This document shows positions 35,401 through 47,400 of a DNA stretch of 64,000 bases, piece after piece; within the stretch, counting starts at the first letter, position 1; each line of letters begins with the position of its first letter. The translations under genes and the position numbers were made by a program. The stretch comes from Podarcis bocagei (Eukaryota), in the NCBI GenBank assembly GCA_964188305.1, contig OZ076896.1. One strand, given 5' to 3'. The notes beneath the pieces are model-generated. The model was given only the letters and a program-made list of their open reading frames with translations, did not search any database and was not told the origin of the DNA.

Positions 35401-38400
35401 AAACATGAGTCTGACCAAACTGCGGGAGGCAGTGGAAGACAGGAGTGCCTGGAGTGCTCTGCTCCATGGGGTCACGAAGAGTCGGACACAACTAAACGAC
35501 TAAACAACAAAGAGTAAAATTAAACCACACATTTTAATTGATTAACCCCTACAAATACAGTTTTGAGACCACATGCATGAGGTGTTTTTCTCTGGCAATG
35601 CTTCACATGTTTGCCAAATCCATAAGCAGGGAACCAGGCAGAGGGCCTTCTTGGTAGTGGTGCCCACCCTGTGGAGTGCCTTCCCATTAGATGTGAAGGA
35701 GATGAGTAATTATATAACATTTAGCAAACATCTAAAGGTAGCCCTTTATAGGAAGTGTTTAATGGTTTAATGTTTTACTATATTTATATATTTATATATG
35801 CTGGAAGCTGCCCAGAGTGGCTGGGGGAACCCACTCAGATGGGTGGTGTATTACTAAAAATACTTACACTGAATGCTCTGACGTTCCTTTGTAGCCAAGT
35901 TGCCTTCTGGTTTGTTCTACTGGTGCAGAGCTAGAATTCCACTGTTCCTGCCTTACACCCACCTCAACTTAATGCCCTGTGCTAAAAGACACATATGTAA
36001 CAGGCCAGCCCTATTTATTCAAGTACATCTCTGCTACAACCTCGAGCTACTCCAATGCTAATCACCTGTACATTCAGCTTTGTATGAATGCCTAGCATAA
36101 CCCTGATATGCATTTACATTTTGACCCAGGTCTGTAGTAGGCCAGTATTTCCTCCTAAATACACGGGCATAAAACAGGACAAAATGTGTACCTAAATAGG
36201 GTTCTCTTTCTGTTCTTGGCATTTCTTTCATCTTCATCACTGTGATCAGAAAAGCAGCAGTGAAGAACTTCATCTTGTTCTTCTACATGATCCAACACTA
36301 TTTGGCTACGGGTTCGAAATCCAGCCATTACTCTGTTGAGCGAATATGTTGGAGGGCTTGTGTGTACCTTTAGAGATGTAAAAAAACGGTTGCCAAAGAA
36401 CTCAAAGTGGGATATAGAATGAATGAATGAAACTTTATTTGCGTCAGCCATCGGCCATAGCAACAGAAGAACATTGTGATATACACAGAACAAAATAAAA
36501 AGTGGGGCATAGCGTTCTCTTCACTTGCCCATCTTACTCTCAACAAAGCTGGGAGATAGGTTTGCCTAAGTGGGTGTGACTGGCACATGTACCCTGTAAG
36601 CTTCATGGATTAATGGGGATCTGAGTCTAGGTCTCCACAGTCCTAATCATACATACTAACCAGATATTGGCTTGAGCAGCGGTGGCGATAGTATTAGCAG
36701 AGCCTCCAGAGCAGTGAGGATGGGGAAGTGGGGCGTCGTTCCATCTGGCAAGCTATAATGCTTGCGCTGCAATATGTTCACCATAGCGCAATACTGAATT
36801 CCACCCTGTATTTGTTTGTTACTCTTTATGAGCTGTCTTGAAGGCATTTTTTGGCCAAAAGGCAGCCCATAAACAGTAGCATAAAGGTAAAGGGACCCCT
36901 GACCATTAGGTCCAGTTGTGACCGACTCTGGGGTTGCGGTGCTCATCTCGCTTTATTGGCCAAGGGAGCCGGCTTCCGGGTCATGTGACCAGCATGACTA
37001 AGCCACTTCTGGCGAACCAGAGCAGCACACGGAAACGCCGTTTACCTTCCCACCAGAGTGGTACCTATTTATCTACTTGCACTTTGACGTGCTTTCAAAC
37101 TGCTAGGTTGGCAGGAGCAGGGACCGAGCAACGGGAGCTCACCCCGTCACGGGGATTCAAACCGCCAACCTTCTGATCAGGAAGTCCTAGGCTCTGTGGT
37201 TTAACGCACAGCGCCACCCGCGTCCCTGTTACATAGTGTAACATAAAACATAACATAGTGATGGCACCAACTTCGACTGCTGTAAAAGAGGACCGGATAT
37301 CCATGGAAAATAAGGCTATTGATAGCTTCTAGCCACGATGGCTTTGTTCAGCCTCTACTTTTGGAGGCTGTATGCCTCCAAATACCAGAATACTCTGAAT
37401 TCTGTTGGGAATTGCAGGTGGGGAGAGCGGTATGGCACTCGGATCCTGCTGGAAGGCTTCCTATAGGCATCTGGCTGGCTGCTGCAAGAACATTATTGTG
37501 GACTAGATGGGCTTTTCTAATGTTCTTAAAAACCTTCCAGGTGAATCAGGAGATCTCCCGTCTTTGCCCTGCCTCTTGAATCCAATGGGAGGAATTCTGT
37601 TCTAAGATGGTTTTCTTCAACTAAAGATGAAGCTGCAAACCTGCAAGCTACCAGAAACTTTCTCAATATGGTTGGAGAAGTGGCATTCAAAAAGTCAGAT
37701 ATACCATTTACTGTGGTGGAGAATGGTCACTTCTGTACCATACTTATATATCAGAAAAAAGACGGTAATTTTCATACCTACATTTCAAATCATCTTTTGA
37801 ATGTTTTTAATACCTGTTTTTAACAGTCTATTTGGCAATTTAATGTTGTATTTTATATTTTTCTAAACTGCTTAGAGGCTTTCTTACAATCAAGCACTGT
37901 ATAAAACTTGTTAAATAAAAAATACCTTTCGAGAATCCAGCCCCACGGTAGCATTAAAGGATTGCACCAAACGTTTAGTTAGAGGAACACTGTATGGTCT
38001 TTTTGAAGATATTACACCAGCTGGTCCATCTCCACAACCACCACTGGAGGCAGAGGCTTTTGTAATTTTCTCTAACTTGTCATTTAGCCGGTCAATTATA
38101 AGCTGCTGCTCCACCATTTTATCATTCTTTAAACAAAACAAAATATGCATTTATCAAACATCTGACAAAATTGCAAAACTAAGTAATTTCTGCCCTCGCT
38201 GACCAATACTTAAGCCTGAACAGTTCTTGCTACTGAATTTTTTCTTTCTTCCTTCCTTCCTACAACAACACTGTGAGGTAGATTAAGCTGAGATACTGAA
38301 TTTCTCTTGTATTCCTTTCTAGTGAATCGATACATCTTGGGAGTTAGTATAATAAATAGAAGTTCTGATTGCTCTAATTGGTAATTAAATGTTGTGATGT

Positions 38401-41400
38401 GTGGTCAATTTTAGCACCAGAGTTGTTTGCCTGTAAGTAAACAGAACTCTGTGAGCTTAACAACATTAAGAGTTGCTATATAACAACAAAACTCAGGCTA
38501 AGAATTAAATAGTTGGGATACTACAATGCTGAGATTCATTCAAGTCCACCAGAGCATTAACAGTATGATGACTGGGAATGTAATATTTAAACTTTTAAAA
38601 TAAATGTAGTTCAAAAACCAAAATACATTATACACACACCTTTTAAAAAAATCATCTAGAATGATACTGTGCAATTCTGACAGAGCATAACCCAAACTTT
38701 GGTTGCAATCCTACACATACTTACATTTTAAAATGAACATGAATATCACTATTCAGACTTTCAGATAATGTCCGTTGCAGATTACTTCCCTTGGGTTAAG
38801 ATTATTTCCACTATGTTGGTTTAATCATTTATATAAGATTGACAGCTTTAATATTACTTCATAGAGCCTTCACCAATAACCAGCACAACGGAAAGTTACC
38901 TGTAGCCTATTTGTCTCTTGGGCCTCCTTCAGCAATTCCATATATTCTTGATTCTCCTTTATCAGCTTCTGTATTTGATCTTGCAATACTTTTATCTCAA
39001 GCTCTCTCTCACTAAACACTTCTGCATCGGTAGCAAGAGCCTGCTAGGTAATAAGGGGTTAAAAAGAATACCAAATATATGAAATGGAGGGTCTTGCACA
39101 AAGTGCACATTGGAACTTGAATGTATTCACTCCTCCATTAGTTAGATATGTTTTATTCTACCACCTGAACAGAAACTGTTAGAAAGCAAAGCTACTATAT
39201 AATTTAAATACAGCCCTTAGTATTTGTTACAATCTAGGACAACAGCAAGTTAAAAGAGGGGTGTTATTGGTTATTAATGCTTTGCCTTTGATTACAGTAT
39301 ATGACTTTAAGTCACAGGAAGCAAAAACAAGGGTTTTTTTTCTATGAAGTAATCAAAACTGGCTCAAACAACAACTATATATATCTGTGTTTCATGTGGT
39401 TTTTTGTGTGTTTTTTTGGTGTAGGGACTAGAATGAGAATAGTAAACCTTGGCTGAAATGGGAAAATGAGTTTCTCTTTACAGATTTTGTGTCTAGCACT
39501 ATTATGAAGTGTAGACCAACAAGGTATGTGTGACCTAGCAGAAACAGCTGTTCAAAACTGGGAGTTGCACTTTCACCTTCCCTTGTATAACACCCCTGCT
39601 GAGAATTTTTAGTTTTTCACTCAGTGGCAGGATGCAGAGAGATATACAGTAGTCTGATTCCTTCTGTCACCACAATACATAACAAGGAATCATGCACTAG
39701 CCAAGCAGCGATAAGACTGTAAATATAAGGGAAATTGGCAACACACAAAGATGCCCCACAGAACTAAACAACTATTAATATTTTAGTTATTTTCAATGAG
39801 ATTCTGCAATTTTGTTAATGAATTAGGAGCCAATTTGTTATTATTAATAAAAGTAGAAAATAAATGTAGCACATTGTGTTTTATCAGTGTTCTAAAGCAA
39901 ATTCTGAATAAGGTAAAGGCAAATTTCCTCCCTTACAAACAGGTATCACCACATCAATCCATATATAAGACATTATTTTGTATGAGATAATTATTTCACC
40001 CTTATGTCAGACTCTCCCAATACTTCAATTTTGCTGTGGTATAGTATTGTCTGTATTCAAGCTGCAGAAGAATATAAAAAATAAGGAACTAATATGTAAT
40101 TCAGCCATGTAAAGCTGATGCAGATTTTTATTCCTCCAAACCTTACAATTCTGCTTAAAATATTATCCCAATGAATAAAATCTATTTTTTGGACATCTAG
40201 CAAATTTGATTTGCCCTCCAGATGAGCAAACAATGTATGTGCAATTTACAAAGAACCTTGATTAAGAATGGATAAACTTTCCAGTTACAGCATAGATTTC
40301 CTTTTTATGTACTCTCACCACTTGCATTAAATTTACAGTAAAATACCTGATACTTCTTCAGCTCTCTCTTCAGCTGAAGAATTGTGATGTGATGTGGTCC
40401 TTCTTGGTTACCTCCACTTCCACAGTTTACCTGAGGAATGACTGAAGAAGCCTCTCTCCTGAGTTCCTGAGCCACACATAGCCAATCTTGCAATCTTTCC
40501 TGTTGACTTTTTGATAGGCTGGCAATATTTTTTAATTCGGCAAGGAACACATAGGCTTCTTCCATGCAATTTCGGTAGTTAAAACTTTCCACCTGGAGCT
40601 GGGCAAGCTGCTCCTCAAGAGAGCGGATTTTGTTTCTGTCCCGAAATGAATCCTGTGACCCTTGACTGCCAGGGATCTGTCCACTAATCTGCTGGTTTTG
40701 AACAGTTTCACGGAGTATCTTGATGGCAAACTCCATTTCATCAATAAGGTCCCAGTCTGGGTTGTAGTTGACAATAGGTTTGTTTCTAATATTTTTGGCT
40801 CTGTTGGCATATTTGATGGAATTTAGTGATTCATCAAAATCCGAAGATGATGGGCTAATACAAGTTATCATGACAGTCTTGGCATTGCCTCCTAAGGAGT
40901 CCTTAAGAATACGTGTAATTTTTGCATCCCTGTATGGAATATGTGCACTTTTCCTCTTTGGGTCCCCAAGCGCACTTATCACATTTCCCAGAGCCAATAG
41001 GCCACTGTTGATCTGAATTGATTCTTTGAACCTTTCACCAGTGTTCCCAGTTTTTGTTACTCTTTCAGAGCCGGCGAGATCAACAAAGTGGAACTTGGAA
41101 GCAATCAGCTGGCTTGAACTTTGAGGTGAATCTTGGGCAGAATCTGTGTCCTTCTGAGTCTGACCCGGTTGCTGTTGTTGACAAATACTGATTGTAAAAA
41201 CCGCATGAGATCGGCTAGAATGCTCATTCATTTGGGTTGTGCCTGTATGTCGAGCGGCATTTCCGGTTTCTAACAAGCTCATTACTTCATCCACGTTTTC
41301 AACCTGGCAGTCTTTGGCACCAACAATTACTTTAAAAATAAATTTAAAAACACATTTTTAAAGAGCAAACCATAAAGAATAGTAAACAAAGCTAACCGCA

Positions 41401-44400
41401 AAATATAGACTATTAAAACTCATATGCCTCATTCAAGAAGACATTTGACAAATTAATTATGGCATTACTCCCTTCTCTTGCGGGGGCCCAATTAGTGCCA
41501 TTGCCTTCCGTTAAGAGTTTGGGTGTAATCCTTGACGCCTCCCTTTCCATGGAGGCGCAAGTCACAGCAACAGCCAAGGCGACATTTTTCCACCTTCGCC
41601 GCATCAAGCAGTTGGTCCCTTACCTTTCCCGCCCCGACCTGGCCACAGTGATCCATGCAACAGTCATCTCCAGGCTTGACTACTGTAACTCGCTCTACGC
41701 GGGGCTGCCCTTGAAGCTGTCCCAGAAACTCCAGCGGGTACAGAATGCTGCAGCGAGGCTCCTCACAGGGTCTCTGCCATGGGAGCATATTCATCCAGTG
41801 CTTTTCAAGCTGCACTGGCTCCCGGTGGAGTACAGGGTCAGATTTAAGGTGCTGCTTTTGACCTTTAAAGCCCTTCACGGCCTAGGACCCTCGTACCTAC
41901 GGGACCGCCTCGCCTGGTATGCCCCACGGAGAGCCTCAAGGTCCATAAATAACAACACCCTAGTGGTCCCAGGCCCTAAGGAAGTTAGATTGGCTTCAAC
42001 CAGAGCCAGGGCCTTTTCAGCACTGGCCCCAACTTGGTGGAACGCTCTGTCTCATGAGACCAGGGCCCTGCAGGATCTGATCTCTTTCCGCAGGGCCTGT
42101 AAGACAGAGTTGTTCCGCCTGGCCTTTGGATTGGAGCCAATTTGATTCCCTCCGCCCCCTTTTTCTTTTTTCTTTTCCTTCTCCTGCAATGAGGCTCCAT
42201 TTTAATATTTTAATGTTCCATTATTTTAATGTTGTATTTTATTTTTGTTTTTAAGTTGTAATCACTCATCTTGTTTTTATTATTGCTTGTAAGCCGCTCT
42301 GAGCCCGGCCTTGGCTGGGGAGGGCGGGGTATAAATAAAAAATTATTATTATTATTAGCTGTTAATTATAAACAACTGCAAGCACTTGAAGAGGGGATAT
42401 TTGAATGGGGTGTGCTCTATGTGTGTTTCCACATTAGGTATTTAGGGTGAATTGCCCCACTTTGTTCATTTACCTTTTATGGGGCCCTCACACAACACCA
42501 TCATCCAGTCACTGTCATACTAGATTTCCCTATTATCTAACTTCAGAAAGTCCACCTCTTTTCAGAAGCACAATCTCCACATTCAGTCACTGTCAGGGAA
42601 CTGACATCGGAGCGAGAGGCGAAGGGGAGGCTCCCAGATGATGCTGGCGAAGGACCCAGCAGCAGGGGGAGAAACAGCTCAGTAGAGGGGGAAGCCAATC
42701 AGCGCAACACCAGGGATAAAGGGGGGCAGACGGGGGAATTGGAGAGAGGGCTCCAGGACTCTTCACTGGACATCAGTGAGGAGAGCCCAGATCCTCCGCT
42801 GCCCACGCCTTCCCTGCGCAGAAGACTCCCGCGCAGTGAGAGGAGGAGGAGACTGGGTGTCAAACAACTTTTATGCTGGAAGAGGTTCAAGAAACGCCCA
42901 CTGACGGATTCTGCCAGTGACTGAGGAGCCACGATGAGAAGGGGGTGTGCAGTTAGAAAGGTTTAACAAGGCAAATTAACCAAGAAAGGCACCAGTTTAT
43001 GCACGAGTAACTCATACCTATTACAGTCACTTTTTATACTACTCTTCCAGGTTTTTAAAAAGGACCAAGTTTTGACAGTGGCAGTGATGTATTGGGAAAG
43101 CGAACCTATCACCACACAACACACATTGCAACATTGGTTGTGGGCAGCATTTTATGACCCTGATCTGTTTGTTTAACCTACCTATTGCCAATGCTTCTCT
43201 GCCTACATTTTAAAATGTAGTATAGTGTTATAGCACTACAACAGTATTCTTATAACGCTATACCTCTTTAATTTTAAAAAATAACACTGTGGTTATTAAA
43301 TGACACTCTCCACAAGAGAATGTGTGCTGAGCTGCAATTGATCCTATCTACAGCAACTCTGTCACACTCACTGGTGTGGACAGAAAGCACAATGCTCCTA
43401 ACAGCAGGGAAAATCAGTTGCAATTCCACTTGTAGCTTACAATGGAAAAGCAATAATTCGGAATCACTAGGAGCATCTGGAAGAGTGTTGTGAGTGTTAT
43501 GTACTGAAGTTATCACCCTGGGCCAGCAGGGGGATACTGTAGATAGTTCAGGTCCACATATGCAAATAAGGGATTGAAAGTGATGTTCAGTGATTGGATA
43601 CAGTGGTGACTCGCAAGACGATATTAATCCGTTCCGCGAGTCTCTTCGTCTAGCGGTTTTTTCGTCTTGCGAAGCAACCCTATTAGCGGCTTAGCGGATT
43701 AGCGCTATTAGCGGTTTAGCGGCTATTAAAGGCTTAGCGGCTATTAAAGGCTTAGCGGATTAGCGGCTAAAAGGCTATTAGCGGCTTAGAAAAAGGGGGG
43801 GAAAGCGAAAAAAAATCAGAACACTCGCAAGACGTTCTTGTCTTGCAAAGCAAGCCCATAGGGAAAATCGTCTTGCGAAGCAGCTCAAAAACGGAAAACC
43901 CTTTCATCTAGCGGGTTTTTCGTCTTGCGAGGCATTCGTCTTGCGGGGCACCACTGTAGTTACAGAAAGTTGTTACAGTTACTTTCTAGTGGAGCTCTAT
44001 ATAAGCAGGCTGGCTGAACCCTTCAGTTCTGTTCTGTTCTGGCCTCTGAATAAACAATAGCTGTTTGAAGAATCGCTGTGTCGTCTGATCTGTTCACCCA
44101 CAACTTAACAGTGAGTGTGCGCACACGCGCACGCACACACACACACACACACACCATAGCTGATCACACAAAGTGTATTTAATCTCAGGCATCTCAGGGA
44201 CAGGTGGGAACAAATCCTGTCTAAAACTGGTGAGCTGCTGACAAGACAGTGTTGACAATACTGAGCTAGATGGAGCAAGAGTCAGACTTGGTAAAAACAC
44301 ACTAAGTTTCATACTATATCTTTTTTCTTCTGTATATAGTGACTGATCAATGTAATAAAAATAATATTAAAAAATAAAATGGCATAAAAATTGGGATTGG

Positions 44401-47400
44401 AATTAATGGGAGACAAAAGGCTGACAATGCTGCTCTATAGTTATATTTCTTTCTTTATTTACAGCATTTATACCCTGTCCTTTAGCCAATAAAAAGAGCT
44501 TTCAGAGCAGCTCACAAAAATCAGTACTAAGACTGGCCCTGCACTCAGGCTCACAGTCTAAAGAGACACAACGCACAAGAAAAAAAGAACGGGATGGAGA
44601 AAGGTAAAGCAAGATCAAGGACAGGTAATTTGCTTTCCAAGTTCATAGCTGTATGTTCTGGTGACCTTTAAAAAACTCTGTGTCACTCTCTCGTCCCTGT
44701 TCATTTCGGAACAAGCATCGGCATCCGTAAAACCAGTACACCGGGGGTGTGGGGTAGAGGGGCCTGGAGGGCCAAATGTGTTCTATGAAAATGTCGTGAA
44801 ATATTACAACTGGAAGACAGTTTAGGTGGAGAAAAATTACATTGGTGCCCCGCAAGACGAATGCCTCGCAAGACGGAAAACTCGCTAGACGAAAGAGTTT
44901 TCCGTTTTGGAGGTGCTTCGCAAAACGAATCTCCTATGGGCTTGCTTTGCAAGACGACAATGTCTTGCGAGTTCCTGCTGGTTTTTTCCCCTTCCCTCCT
45001 TTTTCTAAGCCGCTAATCCACTTATCAGCTGATCCGATCAGCAGATAAGCCGCTAAAAGCCGCTAGCGCTAATCCGCTAATCCGTCAATGGGCTTGCTTC
45101 GCAAGACGAAAAAACTGCTAGACGAAGAGAATCACAGAACGGATTCTTTTCGTCTTGCGAGGCACCACTGTACTCTAATTAAAAAATATAGGGCAACAGT
45201 GGAGATGGTTAAGCTATAAACAGAATGTTATTAGGTATTAAACAGCAAGTTATCACATCCGTTTTAAAGACTTGCCTAATTTCAAGCATCTACAGTGGTA
45301 CCTCGGGTTACATACGCTTCAGGTTACATACGCTTCAGGTTACATACGCTTCAGGTTACAGACTCCGCTAACCCAGAAATAGTACCTCGGGTTAAGAACT
45401 TTGCTTCACGGCGCAGCAGCAGCAAGAGGCCCCATTAGCTAAAGTGGTGCTTCAGGGTAAAAACAGTTTAATGTTAAGAACGGACCTCCGGAACGCATTA
45501 AGTAGGTAACCAGAGATATCACTGTACTTAAACCACAAGTGACATTATCATCAGCAATGATGCACAGCATAAAGAAGTTGCTTCTGGGGACCAGCTTTAC
45601 AGGGGACACATTGGGTTGCAGGAGAAAAGGGAAATCAGAGTATATTGCCTTCCTCACTTCCACCAGCAGGAGAATTCTTGTAGCAGAGTTCTACCCATGG
45701 GCAGTCTTGCTCCAATCTAATATATATTTTCATCTCTGTAAAGACTTGAAATTACGTTCATACCACAGCAGAGGCAACTGTTTTCATGTAATATTTTGGA
45801 TGTAATGATATGCTATTATAATTGTCTTATTGGCAGTAGCCTTTTGACATCAATACTTGTATGTTTTAAAAATTCATTTTTTAATTTATTTTTTTGAGCA
45901 CATGGATAATATGGACGGATCAGCTACATACGAACAAACTGCATGTCGACACAAAATAAGATTGGATAAATATGAAGAAATCTGGAAAGAATATTTAAGC
46001 GATAAGGCGGATAGTGGTGGGAAGTAGGTGGATGAGAGGTGGGAAAATATTGTTTAAAAAGGTATAGTCGTAGGTATATCAGTGTATTCAAATCTGAATT
46101 GTCAAATTGTGTTATTATTGTTAGTATGGTTTTTGTTGTATGTGTCTTGTTGATGTTTTGTATCGAAAAAATGATTAAACAAATTTTAAAAGAATCATTT
46201 AGAATATTACTTACTGCCAAGCAAGCAAGAGCAAACAGACAAATTAAGTTTAAATAATTACCTGTATTGCCCTTTTCGTCTTCTCTAATTTGTAGATATT
46301 TCATAGAGGTTTCTAGTTCCAAAAGATCTCTGAGTTCCTCTTTGTAGACCTCGATGTAAGAAACTTTCACAGTGAAATCAATACTATGGTTTTCTGAAAT
46401 AATCTGAAATATTTCCTCAATTGCACGTGGAATGATACCTCTCTCTTCTTCTGCAACTGATGCTAAAACGAAACAAGAAAACAGCCTAAGCACCCAGCTA
46501 AAATTTGCACATTCAAATGCTAAAGATGTACACAGGGAAATTCCACAAAGGTTCTAAAGGCTTCTTAGCTTTATGAATATGAGTCATTTAATCCTGTCAA
46601 GGTCACACACATAAATCTTTCCTCTCAGAGATAACAAATAGTTGGTTACAAATTGAAAAAAGTATTTGCCAAATATACTCATCCAAGAGGGGAAAGAATT
46701 GGTCAAAGCCTACAGAGCACATTGTGCACATCCTTATGCCCCCCCCAAACTGAAAATATCCAACAATGTACAAGACCAAAAAGAGCCCTCACCACCCTCA
46801 GAGAATGGCCTGAACCAAATATGAAGTCCAGTACTGATGGCTACCTACAGCCAGCAAACATGATTCAAGAGAGTAAATGCTGTCTTCAATTATTTCATTA
46901 TAATACTTAGTTTTGATATTATAATCAACCTAAGCCCAGGTCACTGGAAACATAAAATAACTCCTTTCCTATACAATGGAACAGCCTATCTATTGACATC
47001 ATCAATATTTGAACAGCAAGAGTCTGATTTCAGAATTCTGCAAACATATTGAAAGCGATACAGTCTCCTGCTATTAGAATTGTGGAGTCAAGCCACGCTC
47101 TGAACTTTAGCAGGAAGTAAAATAGAAAGAAGAAAAAAAACCACAATGTTTTGTTTTTTAAAAGGCCGGCATTTCTGACTTTGAGTCATGATACAAAAAC
47201 AACCAAGACCCTTAGCTTAGAGCAATGGTAGAACATGTGTTTTGCATGCAGACAGTTCCTGGCTCAATCCTTGGCATCTCCAGAAAGGGCTGGTAAAGAA
47301 TCCTGTCTGAAACCCAGGAGAGTTGCTACCAGTCAGCATAGACAATATTGAGCAAGATAAACCAATTGTCTCACTCTGTATAAGGCAGCTTTCTATATTC

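Noticed and set aside
40305-41294. Stand-alone kinesin gene or retrocopy
   Set aside because: It is the 983-nt internal KIF27 exon, with a proper acceptor and donor and matching phases.
41459-42145. Nested antisense protein-coding gene
   Set aside because: It is the C-terminal part of an L2 ORF2 in a 5'-truncated retrotransposon, lacking the endonuclease and RT core.
47210-47290. tRNA gene
   Set aside because: Degenerate tRNA-like head continuing into a SINE body; no intact cloverleaf.
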